DNA of 63,871 nucleotides, filler included, from Rhabdomonas costata (Eukaryota), in the NCBI GenBank assembly GCA_019059605.1. It is 54 parts of 54 records of this genome, joined end to end, with 100 filler letters (N's around TTAATTAATTAA, not from the genome) between each part and the next. Parts side by side here need not be neighbours in the genome. Positions count along the whole stretch, not along the records: positions 49,762 to 50,846 come from JAHMHO010029428.1; positions 50,947 to 52,030 come from JAHMHO010029429.1; positions 52,131 to 53,214 come from JAHMHO010029430.1; positions 53,315 to 54,398 come from JAHMHO010029431.1; positions 54,499 to 55,582 come from JAHMHO010029432.1; positions 55,683 to 56,766 come from JAHMHO010029433.1; positions 56,867 to 57,952 come from JAHMHO010029434.1; positions 58,053 to 59,135 come from JAHMHO010029435.1; 46 more parts are not named here. The stretch is one strand, 5' to 3'. A program made the translations under genes and the position numbers. Below the pieces are notes generated by a model, which did no database searches, was not told the DNA's origin, and was given only the letters and a program-made list of their open reading frames with translations. This document shows positions 50,215 to 61,670 of the stretch, in pieces; the stretch's first letter is position 1; every line of letters begins with the position of its first letter.

Positions 50215-51081
50215 GTTTCTTTGTCACGCCCATACTCGTGCCTTACCCGCCCTTTTCCTGATCCGTGTTTGCGTTTTGGTCTATATGGAGCGTTGTGGGA
50301 GTGTTGTTGTACAGTATGACGGCGCAAGACGGTTCTTTAACGAAGCATCATAATTAGTACGTTTCCGGGCTGTTCGCGTTGACAATTGTTGGTGGTGGGA
50401 CAGGATTTTTTGGATGCGCAGACCAACGCAGCGGCGTTATACCGCTCAAGGGTGGGCAGAATTTCGGGGTGATTTCGCAGCACAAGCGGCGTAAAGAGCC
50501 ACCTGAAGGGCCAACTGCCGGAGTATGCGACTGCAGCCTCGCGGCCTTTTTGTTCCAGTTATACAGTTAAAAATGCTTCGGCTTCAGCCCCCATGAGACA
50601 GTGGATAGGATTCCTCTCCGTCGCTACTTCGGGTACGCTCCCTCTGCAACGAGCTTAGTAAGCTCTCTCTCTCTCTCTCGTTTTGTGGCCCATTCTTTGG
50701 GCCCAACTGGTCTTCAGCGAGCACGGAGTTCTCAAAATCTTGAAGAGCTGTTCCCCCCTGCTGATGCAGAGCCCGGGACGATTTTTATCTCGAGAATGCC
50801 TAGATCCTGATCCAGTAGCGGGATCCGGTAGTATTGCAAACCCCCCNNNNNNNNNNNNNNNNNNNNNNNNNNNNNNNNNNNNNNNNNNNNTTAATTAATT
50901 AANNNNNNNNNNNNNNNNNNNNNNNNNNNNNNNNNNNNNNNNNNNNGGTTGTTGGTCATTCCCCAAAACAGCGGCCACGGTGGCGGGAGAATTGATCAGA
51001 AGCCCTCCTGGAGGAGAACTCCAACCTGAATTATGCCTTGTACATGCTGTTTGTCTGTTCTGCGTATGGCCGTTGTTGCAG

Positions 51082-51575
51082 AATGGAGTATATGCAGGAC
51101 TACAAGGAAGGCATGGAGCACTACACTCTTCAGCTCCAGGCTTTCCGCGAAGTCTGGCGTGATGCTCACGTGGAGTGGATCTCCCTTCTCCTCGGTGTGC
51201 AGTTGGGGCCGGGGGAAGGATCACAAACCCCGAATATTGTAGAGGTATCGCAACTTCCTATTTCTCTCCCCCCACCCCCCATTCATCCTCTCTCTCTGTC
51301 CCTTTCCTGCGCACTGCGCAGAGCACTGCGTGCAGGATGCGCAGGAGCGGCGCGAAGCCTTGGTGATGGAGGAGCAGAAGGCCCTGATTGACCTGCGGCG
51401 GCAGGCCATGCGCAGCCACCAGTACGCCAGCAACCAGGAGATGCTTCGCACCCATCGCCGCACCATGGAGCTCCTGGAGCGCTCCGATGTCGAGCGCCGC
51501 GAGCGGGAGCGCCAGCGGCAAGACCGTCTGAGGCAGCGCCCCCCCCCCAATTCCGTCCCTGTGACTGAGTGGTAG
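51082..51575 (+). CDS. Coiled-coil hypothetical protein, exons ~51082-51168 and ~51336-51575
   Basis: MEYMQDYKEGMEHYTLQLQAFREVWRDAH|DAQERREALVMEEQKALIDLRRQ...; GC3-rich; 3' end uncertain. Confidence 0.6.
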
Positions 51576-51892
51576 ATTTGCTCCTGCGAGATTTCTTCCC
51601 AGCCGTGGCGCATTGCCAAACACACTCGTGATAAGTACAAGTACAAGTACAACAAGTACACACAACCGCTCCCGGACGAGGTGGGGCGGGGCGGGGGTAG
51701 GACGGCAAAGTCCGTCCCAATCTCCGTCCAACCAACTAGACCCGTTCACTTTCAGCGAGATTTCAGCACGGCAGAGCGCGAGGTTTCGGCCCGCGGGAAA
51801 GATCACAGGCTTCCAGCGCATCGGTCGGCCCTTTACCTCAACTCTCCTCCGCCTCCAACGCACAGCACCAGCTCCAGCAGCCTCCCGTGGGG

Positions 51893-52030
51893 TCACCGCA
51901 AGTCCCCCGGCTCGCTGTCGTCTTCCAAGTCAATTGTCCTGAAGCTGTCCGAGCGGGCCAGCGCGGACACCCCCCCGGTGCTCTCGGCGTAGTAGTCCAC
52001 CACCACCAGCCCCTTGCCGCCCTCCTCCCA
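51893..52030 (-). CDS. C-terminal exon of a hypothetical protein, ending in TGA
   Basis: WEEGGKGLVVVDYYAESTGGVSALARSDSFRTIDLEDDSEPGDLR-TGA, strongly GC3. Confidence 0.55.
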   Translation of the reverse strand, partial: WEEGGKGLVVVDYYAESTGGVSALARSDSFRTIDLEDDSEPGDLR

Positions 52031-52459
52031 NNNNNNNNNNNNNNNNNNNNNNNNNNNNNNNNNNNNNNNNNNNNTTAATTAATTAANNNNNNNNNNNNNN
52101 NNNNNNNNNNNNNNNNNNNNNNNNNNNNNNCAATGGCCCGGGATTCACTTCCACCACCGCGGAAACGAAGCAGCACATGTGATCCTCCGACGCTCTGCGC
52201 AGGGCTACGCTTCCATCTCCTGCGGTGGTCCGCTGCACGTGGTACGCTTTCCACTTGGCTGGGTCTTCCCGTGTATCCAGTGCCTATCTGACCATATTTA
52301 GCGATTGGGGAACTTCTTCTGTGAGGATTGTGCGCTTACGTCTTCGAAGGAAGATGTGGAAACGGATTGGACTCTGGAGGAGGATGCGGTGGGGACCATG
52401 CTGAGGGCGCCACTTCGATTTACCTCCCACGCACCAGATGAACATATGCGCGGGTACAC

Positions 52460-53214
52460 CTTAGGGTGGGCATGGCCTCGCCTTCCCAAATGGTGCTGCC
52501 CAGCCGCAGCAGCTCTGCCTGCATCCGCAGTGCCGAGTGGCACGCCGCCCTTTGGTGCCCGGGAAGCTCCCGGGGGGCGTTCCACAGCGCCATAATGCAG
52601 TCCCCAATAAACTGCATCCCACACACACATACCTTTCCAGCAACCGCCACAAATGCACAATGCAAAAGAGTTCGCAAGATCGAGCAAGTTCACCAAGGGG
52701 GCCTTGTTTAACTCTTCAAAAGCCATCCGTATAGCTGTTGCTCTTCTCGATCCGTTGGACTCAGCGAAGTTCAACGAAAGAGAAGACTACACTGAAATCC
52801 ATCACAGTGGTAATCACTAATGCTAAAATCTTAAAGTGTCCTTTCGCTCGCAATGCACTTCGTCACCAATTAGCGTCTTCTGCGTCTTTTTCATTCGCGC
52901 ACAAACAGATACAAAAACATATACAAACGAATACATTGTCCAAGTCACACAAACCAAAAACGGGAAAAGAACGTTCGAACCCCAGGGAGCTTGCAAGGAA
53001 GCAGCCATGCTCCAGGGAAGTCGAACGGGAACGGTTGTAGTATGGAGACAGAGAGCAGCAGAAATGGTACACGAGGCATACGCAAGTACACATGGCAACC
53101 TTGTCCAGCACTCCTCCCGTGCGCACGATCACCCCGCACATCGCCTGCAGGTACTCCGTGGTGACCCGCCGCAGCACCTCGGGCTCCACCTCCTCGCACA
53201 GCGTGGTGAAGCCC
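52460..53214 (-). CDS. Class III adenylate cyclase catalytic domain; exons 53214-53100 and 52611-52460
   Basis: GFTTLCEEVEPEVL...TGGVLDK|FIGDCIMALWNAP...AACHSALRMQ contains the DKFIGD signature, with the ATP-specifying Lys. Confidence 0.94.
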
Positions 53215-53680
53215 NNNNNNNNNNNNNNNNNNNNNNNNNNNNNNNNNNNNNNNNNNNNTTAATTAATTAANNNNNNNNNNNNNNNNNNNNNNNNNNNNNN
53301 NNNNNNNNNNNNNNTTGTTGGTGGGGTGTTGAGCTTATTTGGCAGGGGTGGGTATAACCTAAGAGTGCTAAAGGGCCAGAATGCGTTTTGTGTTACCCGC
53401 ATGAGCTCGCGCTAGCACTTCTCTTTCTTTTTTGACTTGACCGGAAAGGTTATGAGCACAAGCCGTGTTGGCTGAAAGGAAGGGAAGCAGTGAGATGTCA
53501 TTTCGTCCAGCCTCACAGTAGCTGTTGTGGTTCCAGGTTTCATCTCATTTAACCAACAACCTTCTTCATCCAGTTTTTCCGATGAACAGACACAACACAT
53601 GAAAAAATTTCCTTAATAAATCAGCTACCCGCCGGTGCAGGTCTCGGCCAGGAAATCGGGGGGAAAGAATGGCTGGTCAC

Positions 53681-53932
53681 CTGCGGCTGCTCGCCGTGAC
53701 CCCGGAGCTGCCTCCACAGCGTCCTGACCTGGGCCAACTTGGCGCCCAGCTCGGCGTTCCAAAGTGTTCCCATTGCCAGCAGCGCAAAGCCCACGTAAGT
53801 GCAGCCCACCGTGAATACTGCCCCGATCAAAGAGAGGCTTGCCCAGCCCTCATCCTCGTCGGCTAGGCATCGGCACTCGCACCGCCCACCGGGCCCTAGC
53901 GCGGACACCGGCAGCAGCCCAGCATGGCCATC
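53681..53932 (-). CDS. Exon of a hypothetical membrane protein
   Basis: CECRC followed by hydrophobic SLIGAVFTVGCTYVGFALLAMGTLWNA; GC3-rich. Confidence 0.6.
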
Positions 53933-55047
53933 TCCGGGGACGCAGCAAAAAAGCCTGCCAAGGCGTTAACAAGAGAGCAAGAGAGTGCACGCACACGGGT
54001 GTTGCAATCTCTAGCGTTAGCAGAACAGTGGGGTGGGAAGAGACGATTTCACGGCGACAGTGCCAGTGTGAGCCTCTGCTAATCTCATTTCCAACCAAAA
54101 GAAGACTGCTGCCTTTCCTTCGTGTTGAAGAAACATCTCACTCAACAGATAAACAAGGATTCCAAAGGAGAAGAGAAGATTAACAGAAGAATGGGAGGAC
54201 GATATTATGCGCAATCATTGGGTCGGTCTCGCGTCATTGCCACTCGTGCTCGCATCTGTGTATCACGCCCAATGTGCTTGTGTCTGCTCTGTTTACCCAA
54301 GCTCCAAAGTGTGAGGGTGGGGTTGGAGAGCGGTCCATCTGCACCGCCATCACCCCGACAGCACCAACAACACACCAAAGAGGAAGAAAACAAAAACCNN
54401 NNNNNNNNNNNNNNNNNNNNNNNNNNNNNNNNNNNNNNNNNNTTAATTAATTAANNNNNNNNNNNNNNNNNNNNNNNNNNNNNNNNNNNNNNNNNNNNGG
54501 TGGGTACCCCCACCCCCGCCCACCGTCCGAGGGGCTGCTGCAGGGGCTGTGGAAAGGAGAGAAGCCACAAAAGTCCACAAGAAAAACACAAGAATGAATC
54601 GCTCCAAAATCTGTCTCCATCTGATTCCATTCGTTTTCATTTCGTTCCATCTAAACCTGAACGGCAAAGGGTGCATTTTGAAGGGTCAGAAGAACGCACC
54701 AGTCAAGAGACAAAGTGTCTCAAAACGGGCAATTCGCGGCAGCAAAAACCCCGTCTGACAAGGTTTTCATCTTTGACAGTTGTGTCTGTTTGAGCAGGGG
54801 CGAGGAAATACCACCCGGGCAGCCATCCACTCAGCAAAACACACGACGAAAGTTCGTATTCCCTCGCATGAGCTTTTTCGTTTGAAATCATACTGCATTG
54901 TAAATCCAGTTGACCTCCAATATAAGAATGCTGTTTCAGTTGGCACCTGCCCGCCGGTGGCAACTGACTGGGAAACAACATTGAATAGAGAAGCACCGAA
55001 CGAAGGGGTGGGCAAGCGGATGTCTCTTTGTTGGGGGAGCGAAATGC

Positions 55048-55342
55048 CTGCGGCGGCCCGAGTTACGGGGCCAGCGGGGGCCTTGGGGTTGGAGTACTCG
55101 ACAGAGAGTGCTTGGCCGTCCAAAACGCAGCCCTGTAATGCCTGCAGGGCCCTCGAGGCGGCCCGGACGTCGGAGTACTCCACGAAGCCAAAGCCCTTGG
55201 GGGCGCCAGTGAAGGGGTTCTTGGGGAGGTGGACGTCCGTAAGATCGCCGTGGGGCGCGCACAGCTCCTGCAGGCGAGCGTGGTCCACGGTGGGCGCCAC
55301 GTTGGAGAGGTAAAGTCGAGTCGTGGGCCCCGGAGCGGCCAT
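55048..55342 (-). CDS. RRM RNA-binding protein, first exon
   Basis: RNP2 LYLSNV and RNP1 KGFGFVEY; ATG at 55342; 3' border approximate. Confidence 0.93.
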
Positions 55343-56029
55343 GCGGAGTGTGGAATGAGAATGTCAGTCCAACCGCAAAGAAAGGAGGCAAAGCAGGCAG
55401 AAAGAGGAGAGAGTGCCTGAGGCGGGAAAGAACTGGCCGCACACAAGCAGTGCGTGCAGACCAATGTGCAGGGCCGAAGCACCACGGTATTTCGAAGCTG
55501 CTGTCGTTGTATATGGGTTTATAAGTTTCCAAAACACAGTACTTGACATCACTATACCAGGATGAAGCACTAAACAAACACCNNNNNNNNNNNNNNNNNN
55601 NNNNNNNNNNNNNNNNNNNNNNNNNNTTAATTAATTAANNNNNNNNNNNNNNNNNNNNNNNNNNNNNNNNNNNNNNNNNNNNACCCCTGCGACTACGGTG
55701 GCTTACGCTGAGAGAGATACGGATGAGTGGGGTAAGAGGAGCTGATTCCCCGAGCCTTTCTTTGGGGCGTATTACTGGGTGATTTTCATACATTTTATCT
55801 TCTGGCTAATTTTTTGGCTAGAGATGTCTTGTGCCTAAAACATCTGTTTGCTCTTCTTGCTAGGGATTTATTTCCTGAACCCAGAACATTCAGTCTTCAA
55901 ATTCTGGGTGCCTTCCTTTTCCCCACCTCTTGAGACGAGGTTCTTGAGAATTCGGGAGGATGACTTTCCACTGCCTTTGCGCAGGCACCTTGGGTTTTTG
56001 GGTTGAGTGGATTGCGTTCGCCTGCGCAG

Positions 56030-56706
56030 GGTTTGTGCCCCGAACCGTGGCTGGGGACGGCAACCCTCTGGACGTGCTCGTGCTGTCCTCGTCACCGCTT
56101 GCGCCAGGTGCGGGTGGTGGTGCTTGTTGTCTGCTGTTCCTCTAGAATCTTCTCTCTCTTGAATCTCATGCGCATGTATAATTCACAGTCTCTGAAACAC
56201 ACTACTTTTTATTACACCTCTCCAGTACTCAGAAGCGCTTCTCAGTGCACTACTCAACCTGAGTCGCGATCTCAACTCAGCTGATGAATAGGGCACACTA
56301 TCGGGGCTGAGGTGCGTTCAGTATTCAGCTGTGGTCAAGATCCACCTGGGTAGTGATACTTCTTGGGCACTGCGTAGCGCCTCTGTTTAAGTATTCAAAA
56401 TGGGGACCAGCAAAGGAGGGGGCGTTCACGTTACTTCACGTTGGCCTTTGCTGCTGGGGGTCAGGCACCCTAGTAGAGGCCCGTGTGGTTGGAGTCCTGG
56501 ACACGGAGGACGAGAAGGGCCTGGACTGCAAGCTGCTCACTGTGGTCCATGCGGACCCGGCCTGGGCTGAGGTCACAGACCTCCCCGAGCTGCCCTCCCA
56601 CCTCTCCACGGAGCTGCGGCACTTCTTCGAGGTCTACAAGGCCCTGGAGGGCAAGAAGTGGTCGAAGGTCAACGGGTGGAGGCCCAAGGAGGACGCCTTA
56701 AGAGAG
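56030..56706 (+). CDS. ppa: Family I soluble inorganic pyrophosphatase; exons 56030-56107 and 56465-56706
   Basis: GFVPRTVAGDGNPLDVLVL...P|GTLVEARVVGVLDTEDEKGLDCKLL...HFFEVYKALEGKKW. Confidence 0.93.
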
Positions 56707-57516
56707 GTCTGGGACCTCGCCAACTCACTCGCTCTCACTCTCCGGCACCCAACACACAACAACAACNNNNNNNNNNNNNNNNNNNNNNNNNNNNNNNNNN
56801 NNNNNNNNNNTTAATTAATTAANNNNNNNNNNNNNNNNNNNNNNNNNNNNNNNNNNNNNNNNNNNNGTTGTGGGGGGAGAGGGGGTTCCAACATCACAAT
56901 TTTGCCAGCTTGTCTGCCATGGATTCTCGTTCTTCAATATTGCAAAGTTGCAGAACATCCTCGTGTGCCTGCAAACCAACTGCGGTATAGGGCAGTGAAT
57001 GGGCCGGAAACAGTATTAGAGATGTGAGGTTCAGGGTTGGCATGTCCTCCGCGTTTGGGTTTCTCCCTTTTTCTTCAAGTGGTGGAGGACGTTGCCAACT
57101 ATGTCTGGACTCCTTTGTGCTCCGGCTGACGTTTGAGAGAACTCAAATTTCCTTTTCCCTTGATTTTCCTGTGCGGAAACCAGATCAAGCTCCCAACAAC
57201 TCTGGCACAAGTACCACCGAACAACAACGCACTGCGGAAGTGATGTCAGTATGGATGGGGAGCCTAAGTCAAGAACTTGGGTTCGCCAGATTTTGTAATC
57301 CCACTGGAAAACAGAACAACCTCAGCAGGTCGGCAACCTGTTCGGGGACAGAAGAGTTCGGTTTCAGGTATAAGGAAAGAAGGAGAACATAACATGAGAC
57401 AACAAATCCAAGTCTCCACGCACAAAGCAGAGCTAAGATACAGTCTAAGATACAGTGCGACAACATCGCTTCCGGCTTCGACGTCGGAGGGAGAGAAGGA
57501 CAGGAGGAGGGCGCAC

Positions 57517-57677
57517 CGCAAGACGGCTGGCGATCTCTCCAGCCACCAGGTTCTCGGCAAGTCGCCGGGCATGGACCACCCGAAAGGTCCGCGCGGAGGC
57601 CTCCCCGAGGACACGCACGTACCACATCACCAGTATGCCCAGGATCACGGAGATCCCCAGAAAGACGCTGGAGACAA

Positions 57678-57711
<34 letters not shown>

Positions 57712-57816
57712 AGAAACGGAAAACACTGGTACGGATACTGTCAGGCACCGAAGCTAGCTCGTCATACTCACGGTCTAACACGCCGGTCTCGATTAGGCGC
57801 AAGGAAGAAGGCGATT
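57517..57816 (-). CDS. Hypothetical membrane protein, exons 57816-57772 and 57667-57517
   Basis: IAFFLAPNRDRRVR|PVFLGISVILGILVMWYVR..., using a GTGAGT donor and CAG acceptor. Confidence 0.55.
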
Positions 57817-57823
57817 CTGCCCC

Positions 57824-57952
57824 ACCCCAGGACTTCCCGTGATCCATGGGGGCCAGCAGGGTGCCTGGTCCGGCCATTTAAGTCCGCCGAAGCAACTTAT
57901 GTCCCAACCAGGCACCCTGCTGGCCCCCATGGATCACGGGAAGTCCTGGGGT
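57824..57952. repeat. Contig-terminal fold-back inverted repeat, 46-bp perfect arms
   Basis: 57824-57869 is the reverse complement of 57907-57952. Confidence 0.95.
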
Positions 57953-60219
57953 NNNNNNNNNNNNNNNNNNNNNNNNNNNNNNNNNNNNNNNNNNNNTTAA
58001 TTAATTAANNNNNNNNNNNNNNNNNNNNNNNNNNNNNNNNNNNNNNNNNNNNCTAGGCGATGTGATGAATCCGCTCTTAACTGCAAATATAAGTCTGCCG
58101 CATAGCCTGTGAAGGGACGTCTACTCGACCCCCCCCCCGAAGACGCCTCATCCCCACGCCACGTACATTGCGTCGTCGCCCTTCAGGGCCTGCTGAGTTT
58201 CGAGCAGCCTGGTCCTCCCCACAAAGTAAGCCGCGGATCGTATCGACAGCGCGGTGTACTTCTCGCTGCGCCACATGCTGGAGAGAGGAAGGAAAGATTC
58301 AGCCACGAGAAGCAGAACAATTGCCGGACCGGATTGACGGTGAATACAGCGGACCAACGAGTGCTGGATACCAGAGGTGGTGGCATCCCAAACGGATGCA
58401 GGGAATGCAATTCGCTGGGGGTGGTGAAGGATATTGGTGCAGGGTGCAGGATGCAGGGTGTTTGGGTAATAGGGAAAAATCCTACATAATTACACCTGAT
58501 CCATCAGGGATAGTGGGACAATTTGAAGTCGTTAAATGGTACAAAAGGGAGGCATCTCCCACTCAAAGAGTTTTTGTGGTGGTGGTGGTCATCGGAATGG
58601 ACGTCAGCCGAGCAGTGTCCCCTATGTTTGACTTTGAAAGCCCCTGGTGCTAGAAACTGAATGAAAAGTCTGCCATCGTGGATACTCTTCTGTGCAGGTT
58701 GCGTTTTCGTCTCACTCAGGCGCGCACGCAAGGCTACTCACTTAATCTTATTTTTGTGGTCGACACTGTCCCCCATCACTCGGAGTAGACATTCCTCCCG
58801 TAACATCTCACGGGCGGACTCCCGCAGGCACACCTGTCAAAGACCTCACAGGCAAAAGCCATAGCGGTTTTGAGCCACGGCAGGTCCAGGTTGCCCGCCA
58901 GCAGGTGCCGAAGCTGCTGCAACCTGCAAAATCAAGACCAGGGACCAGAACAAAGCCCTGGCAGAAGTTGCTTCTCTTATATCCAGCCCACCCAGCCACC
59001 CAGGACCATTCATCACATAGCAACCCAGGCGGCGGCATTGCCCCTTGCTGTTGAACTTCATCCCTTCACAGATCTGCCAACTTTAACAACTAACACCCGC
59101 AAGAGGTTCACTCACTTCGGGGAGTTGAGAATGAGNNNNNNNNNNNNNNNNNNNNNNNNNNNNNNNNNNNNNNNNNNNNTTAATTAATTAANNNNNNNNN
59201 NNNNNNNNNNNNNNNNNNNNNNNNNNNNNNNNNNNGAGAAGAGGGTCAGTCCGCACGACAACAGATTGCGTTTCTTTGGAAAAGCCCGCCATCGGGTTCA
59301 GAAGGTCGAAAGTTTCCTCGACTTGTGCGAATGCAATCTCTGCCATTGTATGCGTGTGTGTGAAAAAGCGAATTGGGGAGTGGGTTGTGGTGTGTGGGGT
59401 CCTTCAAGGAAGACCTGCGGGAAAGGGAAGATACGAAGTGAAAAGAGAAATGATGGCACACTGATTTCCAAATACAGAAGAGGTGATTCCCGACGAGCTT
59501 TTGGCGGGCAAGGCACAAAACACACAACGAGCGTTCCTTGGTGAACCTTGGCCGTCCAATGGGGCCATCGCAATGATGCAACGAAAAGAAATGGTCTTTT
59601 CTCCATAAATTGGGCGTCGCGACATGCTGCGTGGCAGTTCCTTGCACCCTCAGGCCGGTACCCACCCAGGACCCTCGGCGACTCTTCCTTTTTTTCTCTT
59701 GCACCGCTTCATTTTTCCAAACGCACCGAACCATTGTGCGGCTCCCTGTTTGCGCGACCAAGCAATTTTGCCGCCGTGGATGTTCTTTCGAAAAAAAATC
59801 ACACGTTCAAATGCAATTCAAATTTCAGTGCCGAAAGACGCCAAGTAATCGATTATGACCTTGTGTGCGCTGGCGAGATGGGCAAGTGTCCCTTCACAAA
59901 AGGCAACCGCAAAATAAGACCAAAGATGTACATGCTCCCCTCCAAGGGGAGTTACATTAGCCCGCGGAAAAGGCGGAATTTCGTTCGAACACTCAACGAG
60001 CAGACAGGCACTCACACATACCTTTACATACACACCGCACAGGACGCTCACTGTGGCAGCAAGAACAGCGCAATGAATGCCCAAAGCGAAACCAATACAA
60101 TAGGCTTACACAGAAGAAGGCCAGAGGATATTCATTATGTTGGTGAACAGCCCGGTCAGACCCAGAAAAATTCTGCACAGAAAAGAAATCTAATTGGGCT
60201 GGAATGAAAGGGCCCGCCT

Positions 60220-60286
60220 ACGCAGCGTTTTGGGAGGCGCACTGTACATACAAAAAGACCCCGGGCCTTCTTCGGCCTCGCCCTCT
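60220..60286. repeat. Dispersed ~66-bp element, copy 2
   Basis: Similar to 42841-42906. Confidence 0.85.
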
Positions 60287-61604
60287 TAGTATCACGTTCC
60301 CGTTGTTTCCAAAAAAAAANNNNNNNNNNNNNNNNNNNNNNNNNNNNNNNNNNNNNNNNNNNNTTAATTAATTAANNNNNNNNNNNNNNNNNNNNNNNNN
60401 NNNNNNNNNNNNNNNNNNNGGGTGGGGTTTGAGGCACAGATCTGAAAGTATTTAAAAGACCCACTAAGGAGCACTCAACAGAGACAACAGAGCAGCTGCG
60501 CCATGGGTCTTCCTTTTTCGGCTTGGGGATGTCACCGTAGTCATTGCAATGCTGCCTGCTTTTGTGCGCATCTCATGCAGCACAGTTTTCTGAAGAGTGC
60601 TTCCTTCGCTTGGACCGGAGCGCATGTCATTGAGTTTCTGGGTGTTTGTTATAGCCAAAGCACAGCCATTTCTTTTCACACGTCTGTGAAGCGTATTTCG
60701 CACACACACACACACACACACACACTCACTCACTCACTCATTTCGTGTGCGTCTCCTTCGCTTCGTGTCGCTGGCACAGACCTGGCGAAGGGAACTGCAG
60801 TGGCTGCCCCGTTGGAGCCCTTCCTTGGGGAATTGGGCAGCACGGAGGCGGCGGCGGCGGCGGCTATGATCAGGGCCCGGTTTGGCCACACCCTGGTGTA
60901 CCTTCCGGTGTGCCCTTTTGTTTTTCTTGTGGTTGGGTTATGCATCCCACCTTTTTTTCACTGGAAATACTCGAAACTCAAAAAGAACGTCTTTGTTGAA
61001 ACAAACGGGCGTCCCCTTTTCCCTTTCCCTTTCCCTGCCCTCTCTAGGGCATCGGCAGGCCGTTGCTGTCTCCCCAAGCATCTCTGATGTTAAATATCGG
61101 TGTCATCGTTATTACCCTCATTGGGCCTAAACGCGAGAGGCTGTGGCTTTGTATTTAATTCCTTTGGTTCGGTAACGTGGTCCTGGGGTCACTGCATGGG
61201 GTTCTGTATTCACTGCAGAGGTGGTGTGCTTAAAGCTTGGCCGTTAGTACACTCCTGTAATACAGACCGAACCACGCTCTTTACATTATTTCTTTTGTTT
61301 TCAAACCTCATTGCTGTGTTGAATTCAGGGCCTTCTGGTTCTGGAGAGTTCTGATCTCACATAGCACAAGTCTCGGTTAACCTTGCCGTGTATACTTCGC
61401 TGTAGTGACTTTGCTTGCACGACGGCCAAAAGTCAAGCTGATGCGAACTGTGGCTTCTTAGCTTGGTGGAGTGCCAGCAGTTGGGTTATGGCAAACAACC
61501 ACAANNNNNNNNNNNNNNNNNNNNNNNNNNNNNNNNNNNNNNNNNNNNTTAATTAATTAANNNNNNNNNNNNNNNNNNNNNNNNNNNNNNNNNNNNNNNN
61601 NNNN

Positions 61605-61670
61605 TTTTTTGTTTTTCTTTTTTGCAGGGGCGCTGGAACCAACGTCCCTGCAAAAAAGAAAAAGAAAAAA
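61605..61670. repeat. Contig-terminal inverted repeat
   Basis: TTTTTCTTTTTTGCAGGG ... CCCTGCAAAAAAGAAAAA. Confidence 0.8.

Noticed and set aside
51990..51995. TAG TAG within a plus-strand frame as recoded codons
   Set aside because: They are the antisense of GAC TAC TAC (DYY) in the better-supported minus-strand exon.
52972..52990. tRNA T-loop-like GTTCGAACCCC
   Set aside because: No acceptor, D or anticodon stems around it.
56279..56330. Box C/D snoRNA or hammerhead candidate (CTGATGA...CTGA) in the PPase intron
   Set aside because: The boxes are too close, there is no GAAA core partner, and no rRNA guide is recognisable.
57668..57726. Apparent non-conventional (GT...CA) euglenid intron
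   Set aside because: A conventional solution exists with the GTGAGT donor at 57771 and CAG acceptor at 57668 in a different upstream frame.
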